A DNA stretch of 58,457 bases from assembly GCA_038214755.1 (NCBI GenBank), contig JBBQRQ010000021.1:1-58457 (forward strand), in the 5' to 3' direction. Made by a program: the position numbers and the translations under genes. The notes under the pieces are model-generated. The model made no database searches. It was not told where the DNA came from and worked only from the letters and a program-made list of their open reading frames with translations. This document shows, in pieces, positions 29,893-39,615 of the stretch; positions within the stretch are counted from its first letter, which is position 1, and each line of letters begins with the position of its first letter. This DNA comes from Verrucomicrobiota bacterium (lineage in GTDB: Bacteria; Verrucomicrobiota; Verrucomicrobiia; Limisphaerales; CANJXF01).

Positions 29893-30069
29893 GAGGCCCT
29901 CACCAGTTGGAACTTGTTCATGTAGTAATCAAAACTGAGTTGGGCAGTTGCCCTTCACACCAGCATTTCTACGATGAAAACATCTGTGCCGCAAGCCAAA
30001 ATCGTACAAAAGACTTTTGTGTAAGATGTTTTGATTTGTCTCAAAACTTTGGTGAGCTACTCTCTCATC

Positions 30070-30282
30070 GTGACTTCTACCGTTGATTTACACCAGATGA
30101 CCACGACCGATAAACTCCGTCTGATGGAAGCATTGTGGCAGGAGCTTTCTGATGCGGAAATAATTTCTCCGAAATGGCACGGCGAAGTTCTGTCGGAGCG
30201 AGAGAGACTGACCAATTCTGGCGAAGAAAAATTCATCGATTGGGATATTGCGAAAAAGCAATTGCGCGAAGAGTTGCACTGA
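30070..30282 (+). CDS. Addiction module antitoxin (TIGR02574-like)
   Basis: DKLRLMEALW..SPKWHGEVL.ER..FIDW; TACTCT lies 6 nt before the GTG. Confidence 0.8.
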   Translation: MTSTVDLHQMTTTDKLRLMEALWQELSDAEIISPKWHGEVLSERERLTNSGEEKFIDWDIAKKQLREELH

Positions 30283-30580
30283 GAATTTCCATCCAACAAT
30301 CGGCCTTGGCTGATTTGAAACAAGGATTTCGATTTTACGAGAGAAGAGAGAAAGGATTGGGAAACTATTTTCTCGACTCTCTTTTTTCTGATATTGATTC
30401 CTTCAACTCTACGCCGGAATTCACGCCATTCATTTTGGCCGCTTCTTCCGGCTGCGTTCCGAGAGATTTCCTTACGCCATTTATTACCAGAGCAAAGAAG
30501 AAGTCGCTCTCGTGCGAGCAGTTTTAGATTTGCGCGGCGACCCGGTTTGGATTGAAAACGAATTGCAGAAACTGGAATGA
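30279..30580 (+). pseudogene. RelE/ParE-family toxin, frameshifted
   Basis: One frame gives RISIQQSALADLKQGFRFYE..GLGNYFLDSLFSDIDS. After about 30401 another frame gives QLYAGIH..RFPYAIYY..AVLDLRGDP. The start-position codon is CTG. Confidence 0.8.
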
Positions 30581-30638
30581 GCGACCGACTTTGAACGTGT
30601 CTTTTGCGTCCACTCGAGTATTTTGCGTGCCGAACTTT

Positions 30639-31856
30639 ATGGCTGAAATAAAACCTTTCCGTGCTCTCCGCCCAAAACCTGAATTAGCCGCGCAAATTTG
30701 TGAATTGCCCTATGACGTGATGTCGTCCGCCGAAGCGCGCGAAATCGCAAAAGACAATCCGCTGAGTTTCCTGCACGTGAGCAAACCGGAAATTGATTTG
30801 TCGCCTTCGACCGATGTTCATGACGACTTCGTTTACGCCAAGGGCAAAGAAAATTTCAACAAACTCATTGCGCAAGGCGCGCTCAAACAAGATTCGCACC
30901 CGTGCTTTTACCTTTATCGGCAAGTCATGGGAAATCATAGCCAGGTGGGAATCGTGGCCGTGGCGAGTTGCGAAGAATATTTGCAAGGCGTCATCAAAAA
31001 ACATGAGTTTACGCGACCGGACAAAGAAGATGATCGCGTTCGGCACATGGAAGCATTGAATTCCCAAACGGGTCCCGTGTTTCTGACGTATCGAGCTATC
31101 GCCGGCGTGGATGAATTTGTCGCCACGAAAATTTCTGAAGCGCCAGCAATTGATTTTGTTGCCCAGGACGGTGTTCGACATTCCGCCTGGATTATTTTGT
31201 CAGGCGAGGAGATTGAGAAATTAAAATCCTTGTTTGAGCGCATTCCGTTTCTCTACATCGCCGATGGGCATCATCGCAGCGCGGCGGCGGCGCGGGTTTA
31301 TCAATCACGAAAAGGCGCCGGAAACAGCGCCTCGTTTCTCACGGTAATTTTTCCGCACAACCAGGTGCAGATCCTTCCCTACAACCGCGTGCTGAAAAAT
31401 TCAAATAGCCTGACGGCCGAATCGCTTCTTAAAAAACTCGACGCCATTTTTATCGTCAAAGAAAATGGCGCAGCCCAACCAGCGCGGAAACATGAACTCG
31501 GATTCTACCTCGACGGCAAATGGCGCACGCTCAATTTTCGCCCGCAGTTCGCCGCGACCAATGATCCGATGGAAAAACTCGACGTGACCCTTTTGCAAAA
31601 ATTTGTGCTTGCGCCGATTTTTGGGATTGAAGATCAGCGCACCAGCCAGGCAATTCATTTCGTGGGCGGGATTCGCGGCGCGAGCGAATTGGAGAAGCTG
31701 GTCAACCGCGGAGAATTTTTCTGCGCCTTCTCCATGTTTCCGACCAGCATTGAGGACTTGATGACCATTGCGGACGCGGACGGAATCATGCCGCCCAAGA
31801 GTACCTGGTTCGAACCGAAACTGCGCGACGGAATGTTCTGCCACATGATCGGGTGA
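30639..31856 (+). CDS. DUF1015 family protein
   Basis: IKPFRALRP, PYDV, IKKHEFTR, YIADGHHR, MPPKSTWFEPK. Confidence 0.9.
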   Translation: MAEIKPFRALRPKPELAAQICELPYDVMSSAEAREIAKDNPLSFLHVSKPEIDLSPSTDVHDDFVYAKGKENFNKLIAQGALKQDSHPCFYLYRQVMGNHSQVGIVAVASCEEYLQGVIKKHEFTRPDKEDDRVRHMEALNSQTGPVFLTYRAIAGVDEFVATKISEAPAIDFVAQDGVRHSAWIILSGEEIEKLKSLFERIPFLYIADGHHRSAAAARVYQSRKGAGNSASFLTVIFPHNQVQILPYNRVLKNSNSLTAESLLKKLDAIFIVKENGAAQPARKHELGFYLDGKWRTLNFRPQFAATNDPMEKLDVTLLQKFVLAPIFGIEDQRTSQAIHFVGGIRGASELEKLVNRGEFFCAFSMFPTSIEDLMTIADADGIMPPKSTWFEPKLRDGMFCHMIG

Positions 31857-32019
31857 TCGATCCAACGGCTGTTAGATGAGCGGTTTTGCCACCGTCGTGA
31901 TTTGAGCAAGTTTCCCCGATCAGGATGATGCTGCGAATCTCGCGCCACCGGGAAAAAAACCGTGGCCGGGAGTTTTTGATAACTTGAATGAGACAGTTGT
32001 ATCCTTTATTTTCGACCTC

Positions 32020-32496
32020 ATGACCTGGGTAGAATTATGCCACGATAAGAACCTGCAGGACTTGCCTTACAAAATTGAATTGAACCGCGCGGGCAAAATC
32101 ATCATGAGTCCGACACGCAATCTCCACGGCTATTACGCGAGCAATATCGCTCACATTCTTAAAAATCTTTTGCCGAGTGGCGAAACGATTACCGAATGCG
32201 CCATCGAAACCGAAGACTCAACCAAAGTGGCGGATGTCGTCTGGGCCTCGAAAAAAACTTTTGCGATCATCAAAAACGAATTCAGTTGCTCCGTCGCGCC
32301 GGAAATTTGCGTGGAAGTTTTGTCGCCCTCCAACGCAAGGGCGGAAATGGAATTCAAGAGAGAACTTTATCTTAAAGCCGGTGCGCAGGAATATTGGGTG
32401 TGCGACGAAATCGGCGCGCTCACATTTTTTAATGCGGTTGGAGAGATTGAGCGCTCGCTTCTTTGCCCCGCCTTTCCGACTAAGTTGGAAGCCTGA
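32020..32496 (+). CDS. Uma2 family (PD-(D/E)XK) endonuclease-like protein
   Basis: GKIIMSP, ADVVW, APEICVEVLSPSN, YLKAGAQEYW. Confidence 0.88.
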   Translation: MTWVELCHDKNLQDLPYKIELNRAGKIIMSPTRNLHGYYASNIAHILKNLLPSGETITECAIETEDSTKVADVVWASKKTFAIIKNEFSCSVAPEICVEVLSPSNARAEMEFKRELYLKAGAQEYWVCDEIGALTFFNAVGEIERSLLCPAFPTKLEA

Positions 32497-32499
32497 TTT

Positions 32500-32892
32500 A
32501 TGGCTTCTCATTACCACGTCATCCTGGAAAAAGAACCTGTTGGTGGTTATCACGCTTCCTGCCCCACTTTGAAAGGTTGTCACAGCGAAGGCGAAACCGA
32601 ACAGGAAACTTTGAACAACGCTCGGGAAGCAATTGAAGTTTATTTGGAAAGCCTCGCGGCGCATAATGAACCCATTCCCCAGGATTTGCCGATAAAATCC
32701 GTTCCAGCAACGCAAGTTGCCCGGCGGATTGGTTTTAAGTTTGACCGGCAAAAAGGCAGCCATGTCGTGTACCGCCACGACGAAAAGCGCATAGTGATTC
32801 CCTTGCACCATGAAGATTTGAAATCTAAGACTCTCCATGGATTGATCAAAGACATGGGACTGACCCCCGCTGAATTTGCCAGCCTTCTCTGA
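32500..32892 (+). CDS. HicB-HicA fusion protein
   Basis: Residues 1-63 are HicB-like (GGYHASCPTLKGCHSEGET..NAREAIE.YL); the C-terminal half is HicA-like (GF..DRQKGSH..VIPLH..L..TLHGLIK). Confidence 0.8.
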   Translation: MASHYHVILEKEPVGGYHASCPTLKGCHSEGETEQETLNNAREAIEVYLESLAAHNEPIPQDLPIKSVPATQVARRIGFKFDRQKGSHVVYRHDEKRIVIPLHHEDLKSKTLHGLIKDMGLTPAEFASLL

Positions 32893-32904
32893 TTTTGATT
32901 CTTT

Positions 32905-32932
32905 TTGACAAGACCCACCCTTGCCCTACCGT
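32905..32932 (+). promoter_or_regulatory. Sigma70-like promoter of secA
   Basis: TTGACA-N16-TACCGT, 20 nt before the ATG. Confidence 0.55.
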
Positions 32933-32952
32933 TTTCCAAACGTGATTAAGCC

Positions 32953-35900
32953 ATGATCGGTTACATCGTTAAAAAAGTTCTCGGCTCCAAAAACCAACGC
33001 GAGGTGAAAAAACTTCGTCCGATGGTGGCGAAGATCAACGAGATCGAAGCGTCACTGCAAAATGTTTCTGCGGATGAGTTGCGCCAAAAAACCGCCGCTT
33101 GGAAAGAGGAGCTTTCGAAAATTGAAGACAACGCAGAACTCAAACAACGGTTGCTGGAGATTTTGCCCGAAGCTTTTGCCGTCGTGAAAAATGCCTGCCG
33201 CAGGCTTTGCGGACAGGACGTGATCGTGCGCGGTCATCCGCTGAAATGGGAAATGATTCCCTTCGATGTGCAATTGATCGGCGGTTATGGATTGCACAGC
33301 GGGCGCATCGCGGAAATGGCGACGGGCGAAGGCAAAACTCTGGTCGCGACGTTGCCCGTTTATTTGAACGCCCTCACTGGCCGCGGTGTTCATGTCGTGA
33401 CCGTGAACGATTATCTCGCCGCGCGCGACGGCGAGTGGATGGGCGCGGTTTACAAATTTCTTGGGCTGACGGTCGGTTGCATTTTGCACGATCAATCGCC
33501 GAACGAACGGCGCGCTCAATATGATTGCGACGTTACCTATGGCACGAACGCGGAATTCGGTTTCGATTATTTGCGGGACAACGGCATGGCGACGCGCAAG
33601 GAAGACCAGGTCCAGCGCGGCCATTACTTCGCCATCGTTGACGAAGTGGATTCCATTTTGATCGACGAAGCGCGCACGCCTCTCATCATCAGCGGGCCGG
33701 CGGTCGTCGCCTCCGACAACGCCATTTACGATCAGTTCAAACCCCCAATTGAATCTATCGTTCACACGCAGGAAAAATTGTGTAACCGGTTTCTCTCCGA
33801 AGCGGAAGCGTTGCTCAAAAAATTACGTCCCGAAGATGGCGCGCAACCGAAGAACCCAACAGCGCTCGAAAAAGAAATTGGCCTCTTGCTTTATCGCGTG
33901 AAAATCGGCAACCCGCGCTCGGCCTCCTTGATGAAGGTTTTGGAGGAGCCGGAAAATATTCGCTTGATGAACGCGGCGGAATTGCAACTTCACGCTGACC
34001 AAAAGAAGACCGATCTTTACGCCGAGAAAGAGGAATTATTTTTCGCCATCGATGAAAAAAGCCATGAGGCTGACTTGACAGAAAAAGGCCGAACCTTCAT
34101 GCGCCCGCAAGATCCCGACGCGTTTGTGTTGCCGGATTTGACGGTGAAATTTCAGGAGATTGATTCGCTGCCCGAAGTTGACGCGCGCAAACGTCTCGAA
34201 CTCAAAGCGCAGGTTCAGCAGGAATTTGAATTGAAGGCGCAGCAGATTCACACCATTTCGCAACTGCTCAAAGCCTACTGTCTCTACTTGAAAGATGTGC
34301 AATACGTCGTGCAGGAAAACAAAGTCATCATCGTCGATGAAAACACCGGACGCCTGATGACGGGCCGCCGTTGGAGCGATGGATTGCACCAGGCCGTCGA
34401 AGCGAAGGAAGGCGTGGAGATCGAACGGGAAACGCAAACACTCGCGACGATCACGATCCAAAATTATTTTCGGCTTTATCACAAACTGGCGGGCATGACC
34501 GGCACTGCGGAAACCGAGGCGTCGGAATTTTTCGACATCTACAAACTTGGTGTGCTCGTCATTCCGACAAATCGTCCCATCGCGCGAAAAGATGCCAATG
34601 ATTCCGTTTACAAAACCAAGCGCGAAAAATTCAGCGCGGTGCTCAAAGAAATCACAACGATTCACAATCTCGGTCGCCCCATTCTCGTCGGCACCGTTTC
34701 GGTGGACACGAGCGAGCAAGTTTCGCGCATGTTGAAAAAGGCGGGAATTATTCACTCGGTGCTCAATGCGAAATATCATCAGCAGGAAGCTGAAATCGTC
34801 GCGCGCGCGGGGCAACGCGGCGGTGTCACCATCGCCACGAACATGGCGGGGCGCGGCACGGATATTAAACTTGGCGCAGGCGTCCCGGACATTGGCGGGC
34901 TTCATGTTATCGGCACGGAGCGCCACGAGTCGCGCCGTATCGATCGGCAGTTGCGTGGACGTTGCGCGCGCCAGGGTGATCCCGGTTCGTCGCACTTTTT
35001 CATTTCGCTCGAAGACGATTTGATGCGCCTGTTCGGTTCGGATCGCATCGGCAAGATGATGGAGAAAATGGGTTTTGAAGAAGGACAGGAGCTTGAACAT
35101 TTCATGCTCAACAAATCCATCGAGACCGCGCAGAAACGGGTCGAGGCGCACAACTTTCAGCAGCGCAAACGCACGCTCGAATACGACGACGTGATGAACA
35201 AACAGCGCGAAGTCATTTACGGCTTCCGCAACGAAATTATTCGCGCCGAAGATGTGCGCGACCGCCTCCTCGACATCATGGAGGAAGTTGTGATTTCCAA
35301 AGTGGCTGAATTCAGCGCGGCTGGGACCGATGTTCATGAGTGGAACATTCGCGGCCTCGCCGACTGGGTGAATCTGAATTTCCCGATTGGTTTGCCCGAA
35401 GAAGAAATTGTCAAAGTCGCCAACGCCGGTGACGAAGCGCCTCTGCCCGATTCCGTTTTCGATGGACTCAGCCCCGCGCAATTTGCCGTCTGCCAGTTTC
35501 TGATCAGCAGCGTGCGCAAGGCGTATGAATTAAAAGTCAGTTACGAAACCAATCTTGACGCGGTTCGCGGAATCGAGCGGTACACCATTCTCAGTGCGAT
35601 TGATAAACTGTGGCAGGAACATCTTTATAGCATGGACAGTTTGCGCAACGCGATTGGACTGCGCGCCTACGGCCAAAAAGATCCGCTTATCGAATACAAA
35701 GCAGAAGCGTTTAAAATTTTTGAAGAGTTGATGGTCAACATCAAGACCGAGATTTGCCACAACATCTTCCGCAGCGCGTCGAGCCTGATGGCGTTCGAGA
35801 ATTTTCTGCACAACATTCCGAAGCGGACCATTCACCAATCCACCAGCGCGTTCGGCGGGCAGGCAACCACAACCAGCGATGCTACGACGCGCACTGCGTC

Positions 35901-36051
35901 GTCCGGCGCGGCCAGTGACGTAGTGAACGAAGCGATGGAAGCCGTTTCCAAAGCGAAGCCGGTTCGTTCCGGGCCGAAAGTCGGGCGCAACGATCCTTGT
36001 CCGTGTGGCAGTGGAAAAAAATATAAGCAGTGCTGCGGGAAGAATGGGTAA
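32953..36051 (+). CDS. secA: Preprotein translocase ATPase SecA
   Basis: MATGEGKT, DEVDSILIDEARTPLIISG, ATNMAGRGTDI, and SEC-C motif GRNDPCPCGSGKKYKQCCG. Confidence 0.98.
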   Translation: MIGYIVKKVLGSKNQREVKKLRPMVAKINEIEASLQNVSADELRQKTAAWKEELSKIEDNAELKQRLLEILPEAFAVVKNACRRLCGQDVIVRGHPLKWEMIPFDVQLIGGYGLHSGRIAEMATGEGKTLVATLPVYLNALTGRGVHVVTVNDYLAARDGEWMGAVYKFLGLTVGCILHDQSPNERRAQYDCDVTYGTNAEFGFDYLRDNGMATRKEDQVQRGHYFAIVDEVDSILIDEARTPLIISGPAVVASDNAIYDQFKPPIESIVHTQEKLCNRFLSEAEALLKKLRPEDGAQPKNPTALEKEIGLLLYRVKIGNPRSASLMKVLEEPENIRLMNAAELQLHADQKKTDLYAEKEELFFAIDEKSHEADLTEKGRTFMRPQDPDAFVLPDLTVKFQEIDSLPEVDARKRLELKAQVQQEFELKAQQIHTISQLLKAYCLYLKDVQYVVQENKVIIVDENTGRLMTGRRWSDGLHQAVEAKEGVEIERETQTLATITIQNYFRLYHKLAGMTGTAETEASEFFDIYKLGVLVIPTNRPIARKDANDSVYKTKREKFSAVLKEITTIHNLGRPILVGTVSVDTSEQVSRMLKKAGIIHSVLNAKYHQQEAEIVARAGQRGGVTIATNMAGRGTDIKLGAGVPDIGGLHVIGTERHESRRIDRQLRGRCARQGDPGSSHFFISLEDDLMRLFGSDRIGKMMEKMGFEEGQELEHFMLNKSIETAQKRVEAHNFQQRKRTLEYDDVMNKQREVIYGFRNEIIRAEDVRDRLLDIMEEVVISKVAEFSAAGTDVHEWNIRGLADWVNLNFPIGLPEEEIVKVANAGDEAPLPDSVFDGLSPAQFAVCQFLISSVRKAYELKVSYETNLDAVRGIERYTILSAIDKLWQEHLYSMDSLRNAIGLRAYGQKDPLIEYKAEAFKIFEELMVNIKTEICHNIFRSASSLMAFENFLHNIPKRTIHQSTSAFGGQATTTSDATTRTASSGAASDVVNEAMEAVSKAKPVRSGPKVGRNDPCPCGSGKKYKQCCGKNG

Positions 36052-36074
36052 GTGGCGCGCGATCCCAACAGCCA

Positions 36075-36941
36075 TCAATCTTTTGTCGCCGACAGCGTAA
36101 AGTGAAAACTTGTTCCACGACCGACTTCGCTTTGGACCCACACATCGCCGCCGTGGCCTTGCACCACGTGTTTGACAATGGCCAGTCCCAAACCCGTTCC
36201 ACCCTGCTCACGTGAGCGCGCTTTGTCCACGCGATAGAACCGTTCAAAGACGCGATGCTGCGCGTCAGTGGGTATTCCAAAGCCATCGTCTTTTACCCAA
36301 ATTTCGATCTGACGCTCATGCGCGCGACCGCCGATGACGACGGTTCCTTCCGGTCTTCCATATTTCACGGCGTTGTCGATCAGGTTCCAAAAAACTTGTT
36401 CCAACCGATCCAAATCCGCGTGGGCGGAAAGCTCGCGCGGAACGTCGTTGATCAAAGAAACCTTTTTTTCCACCGCGCGAGCTTGCAAATCGCCAATGAC
36501 TTTTTCCACCAGCGGATGCAAGCGATTCGTCTGATAATTCAAAATGATTTGTCCCGACTCCAATTTTGAAATCGTCAACAAATCTTCGATCAGATAGGTG
36601 AGCCGGTCGGTGTGACGATCGATCGTTTGCAGAAATTTTTCCGCCACTTCAGGATTATCCTTCGCGCCGTCGAGCAGCGTTTCGATATAACCCTTGATCA
36701 TCGAGAGCGGCGTGCGCAATTCGTGACTGACGTTGGCCACGAATTCCTGCCGAGTATTTTCCAATTGGCGGAGGGCGTATTCCTGCGCCTGCACTTTGCT
36801 GATGGCTTCGCGCTGGTCTTCGCGGATTTCGGCCAGTTGCTCTTCTTTCCGCTTCATCGCCCGCAAAAATTTTTGTCGCCACGCGCAATGCACGCCAAAA
36901 ATTCCCACGAGAAAAAAGAACGAAAGCAGCGGCCAAAACAT
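36075..36941 (-). CDS. PhoR-like sensor histidine kinase, short form without PAS
   Basis: One TM, a coiled coil, then FVANVSHELRTPL, NLIDNAVKY, DDGFGIP, FERFYRVDKARSR..GGTGLGLAIVKH. Confidence 0.88.
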   Translation of the reverse strand: MFWPLLSFFFLVGIFGVHCAWRQKFLRAMKRKEEQLAEIREDQREAISKVQAQEYALRQLENTRQEFVANVSHELRTPLSMIKGYIETLLDGAKDNPEVAEKFLQTIDRHTDRLTYLIEDLLTISKLESGQIILNYQTNRLHPLVEKVIGDLQARAVEKKVSLINDVPRELSAHADLDRLEQVFWNLIDNAVKYGRPEGTVVIGGRAHERQIEIWVKDDGFGIPTDAQHRVFERFYRVDKARSREQGGTGLGLAIVKHVVQGHGGDVWVQSEVGRGTSFHFTLSATKD

Positions 36942-36945
36942 AAGA

Positions 36946-37629
36946 CTACTCCGACTTGAACCGATAACCGACGCCGCGAACGGTATCGAGATACTGCGCG
37001 GCGCCGCCCATTTTTTCGCGAAGCCGCCGCATGTGCGTGTCCACGGTGCGCGTGTCCACTGAGTTGTCGTATTCCCACACGTCGCGCAGCAAACGATCTC
37101 GCGATTGCACGACATCGCGGCGTTGCGCCAAAACGGTCAGCAACCTGAACTCGGTCGCGGTCAGTTCGATTTTTTTGTTTTTGAATTTCACGATGTGACG
37201 TGGCACGTCGATTGATAAATCTCCGAACTGAAAATTTTCCTTTGTCTCGGCGACGCTTTGCCTGCGTTCCAAAAGTTTTTTGATGCGTAGCACCAATTCT
37301 CGCGGGCTGAACGGCTTGGTCAAATAATCGTCCGCGCCCAATTCCAACCCGAGGACGCGGTCGATTTCACCCGCCTTTGCCGTCAACATGAGAATTGGAA
37401 TCGCCGCCGTGTTCGGGTCGCGGCGCAGGAGTTTGCAGATTTCGAAGCCGTCAATTTCCGGCAACATCACGTCGAGTACAATCAAGTTCGGCAACGCCGA
37501 ACGCGCTTTCGCCAAAGCTTCGCCGCCGTTGCCGGCGGTCTTCACCTGGAAACCAGCGTTCTTCAAATTGAACTCGATCAACTCAATCGCGTCGGGTTCA
37601 TCATCGACTACGAGAATGGTTGGTTTCAT
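36946..37629 (-). CDS. PhoB/PhoP-like OmpR-family response regulator
   Basis: LVVDDE, LDVMLP, GADDYLTKPFSPREL, and winged helix RTVDTHMRRLREK..TVRGVGY. Confidence 0.9.
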   Translation of the reverse strand: MKPTILVVDDEPDAIELIEFNLKNAGFQVKTAGNGGEALAKARSALPNLIVLDVMLPEIDGFEICKLLRRDPNTAAIPILMLTAKAGEIDRVLGLELGADDYLTKPFSPRELVLRIKKLLERRQSVAETKENFQFGDLSIDVPRHIVKFKNKKIELTATEFRLLTVLAQRRDVVQSRDRLLRDVWEYDNSVDTRTVDTHMRRLREKMGGAAQYLDTVRGVGYRFKSE

Positions 37630-37738
37630 GAGGCGCTGGCGGTCTGCCATTCGCGATCCGGGAACAAAGTAAAAGCGGAATATTTTTCTTTCACAAAATA
37701 TTTTTACCAAGCAGGGAAAGGAAGGCAACCATCGAGCG

Positions 37739-37765
37739 GTGACAAGCAGGTTACGATTGGTTGTC
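37739..37765 (-). promoter_or_regulatory. Pho-box-like 11-bp-spaced repeats upstream of the phoB-like gene
   Basis: Minus strand reads GACAA-N6-GTAAC-N6-GTCAC. Confidence 0.55.
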
Positions 37766-37858
37766 AGAAGCGCGACGCTCTTTCTCAGGGCTGACGCACA
37801 GAAAAAAATCAAAGTCAAAAAAAACGCCATGTCACACGAATTTAACATTCGACTGTGC

Positions 37859-37989
37859 GTAGGGCAGTCTTTCCAGACTGCCGGTTACGAAACTTTTCAG
37901 TTTCGTGGAAAAAGATATGGACATTGCTTCACTTGTTTCCGAGGGACTGGAAAGTCCCCGGCACCGGCAGGCTGAAAAGCCTGTCCTAC
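37859..37989. repeat. Palindromic element family K
   Basis: GTAGGGCAG...CCTAC; inverted second copy at 42592-42711. Confidence 0.88.
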
Positions 37990-38012
37990 GGTGAAAGCCT
38001 TGCGAGCAGATT

Positions 38013-38048
38013 TTCACGCAATCGTAACGGAGCCGCCGTTGGATCGTC
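38013..38048 (+). promoter_or_regulatory. Conserved promoter module upstream of exbB
   Basis: TTCACGCA-N3-GTAAC-N13-GATCGTC, same module as at 42731-42766. Confidence 0.65.
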
Positions 38049-38072
38049 ATGTTCCTTTGGTTTAATCGGTGC

Positions 38073-38882
38073 ATGGATAATTCTTTAAGTCCGATCTTCG
38101 CCAACGCCCTCTCGTTCGCTTTCGAGAAAGCCACGATTGAGGGAAAGATTACCATCACACTTTTGGCCATCGTCTCGCTCCTGAGCTGGACGGTGATGAT
38201 TACAAAATTTCGGCAGTTGATTCGCGCCCGCAAAATGGCGAGGAAATTTTTCGAGGCTTACCGTGCAACGCGCGATCCGCAGGAACTTTTTCGCGGGAAA
38301 CAGGAATTCGAGGGCGCGCCCGCTTACGAAGTCTATTACGCGGGGGCCGAGGAGTTGAGTTATCAATTCAAAAACAATCCGGTGCGCGTCCACAACCAGA
38401 CCAAGATCAGCCACGCTTCATTTGAATCGGTCAAAGTCGCTCTCGAGCGCAACGTGAGCGCGGAAGCGCTCTCCTTGGAAAAAGGAATGATCGTGCTCTC
38501 GACCGCAGTGTCCGGCGGGCCGTTCATCGGTTTGCTCGGAACGGTTTGGGGTGTGATGGAAACTTTTTCCGGCATCGCCAAAGCGAACACCGCCAGCTTG
38601 ACCGTCATGGCTCCGGGTGTGGCGGGCGCATTGATCGCGACGGTCATCGGCCTACTCGTAGCGATTCCTGCGATGTTCGCCTACAACTTCATGGTCACGA
38701 GCATTCGTGGCATCACGCAGGAACTGGATAATTTTGCGACGGAATACGCGACGGCAATTGAACACAGCTACGTGGATAATCGCGCGCTCGCCGATGAAAT
38801 CGCTGATGCGTTGAAAGGAATGTTGAACAAAGAGGAACCGGCGTATCGGGATTTTGAAACGGCAGAGGCATTCAAAGTTTAA
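38073..38882 (+). CDS. exbB: MotA/TolQ/ExbB proton channel protein
   Basis: LSTAVSGGPFIGLLGTVWGVM..F and APGVAGALIATVIGLLVAIPA. Confidence 0.9.
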   Translation: MDNSLSPIFANALSFAFEKATIEGKITITLLAIVSLLSWTVMITKFRQLIRARKMARKFFEAYRATRDPQELFRGKQEFEGAPAYEVYYAGAEELSYQFKNNPVRVHNQTKISHASFESVKVALERNVSAEALSLEKGMIVLSTAVSGGPFIGLLGTVWGVMETFSGIAKANTASLTVMAPGVAGALIATVIGLLVAIPAMFAYNFMVTSIRGITQELDNFATEYATAIEHSYVDNRALADEIADALKGMLNKEEPAYRDFETAEAFKV

Positions 38883-38899
38883 CGCGGCGATTTGATTTC

Positions 38900-39041
38900 A
38901 ACCACGAATGAACACGAATCGAAATAGAGCGAGGAGCGCGGCTGTGTCGTCCTCGACCAGCCGCAGCGCGTTAACTTTTTCGAGGCGCTGCGGCTGGTCT
39001 GCGACACAGCCGCGCTCCGTTTCGTTGGCGCATTCATTCGT
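38900..39041. repeat. Family M arms (CACGAATGAACACGAA) enclosing a family A element (38933-39018)
   Basis: Lies between exbB and exbD; related M arms at 46524-46669. Confidence 0.7.
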
Positions 39042-39056
39042 CCTTCCTTCTTAAAC

Positions 39057-39461
39057 ATGAAAAAATATTCCAAGACATCGCATCATTCGCTCAGCGAACT
39101 GAACATCACTCCGTTGCTCGATCTCGCGTTTGTGTTGTTGGTGATTTTTATCATCACGACCGCGCCGACGGTCAGCGACATTTCGATCAACCTTCCCAGC
39201 GCGCAGAGCGTTCCCAAAGATGCGCCGCCCAAAATAAATTATGTCAGCGTCGATAATTCCGGGAAAATTTATCTTAACCAAAAGGAAGTCAGCAACAGCC
39301 AACTGCTGGCGTTCCTCGTGGACTTCCGAAAAGCCGATCCTGATTTGAACGTCGTCGTTCGCGGAGACAGCGCGGTGCAATACAAAAAAATTGTCGAGGT
39401 GTTGGACACGCTCTCGCAAGCCAACGTCACCAAAGTCGGTTTGGCGACGGAACCGCAATAG
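39057..39461 (+). CDS. exbD: ExbD/TolR family protein
   Basis: ELNITPLLDLAFVLLVIFII (essential Asp) and VRGD..V.Y..IV.VLD. Confidence 0.92.
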   Translation: MKKYSKTSHHSLSELNITPLLDLAFVLLVIFIITTAPTVSDISINLPSAQSVPKDAPPKINYVSVDNSGKIYLNQKEVSNSQLLAFLVDFRKADPDLNVVVRGDSAVQYKKIVEVLDTLSQANVTKVGLATEPQ

Positions 39462-39500
39462 AACGTTTCAAAAGCATGTTGCGAAATTGGAACGCGGATA

Positions 39501-39606
39501 GGAGCGCGGACAGCTTGTCCGCGAGTGAATCGTGCAATGCGGAATGGCTAATCGTTTCGCGCATTTTTAAACCTCGACAACTCGCGGACAAGGCTGTCCG
39601 CGCTCC
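39501..39606. repeat. Palindromic element family F
   Basis: GGAGCGCGGACAGCTTGTCCGC...GCGGACAAGGCTGTCCGCGCTCC; other copy at 21765-21860. Confidence 0.85.
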
Positions 39607-39615
39607 TGTAAAGCA

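Noticed and set aside
33760..34260. Large insertion in the SecA preprotein-binding region
   Set aside because: No palindromic or repeat signature; judged to be an ordinary lineage-level SecA insertion.
34036..35481. 481-aa minus-strand ORF and similar long antisense ORFs (14848-15759, 10974-11825)
   Set aside because: Shadows of secA and other real genes; no recognisable motifs.
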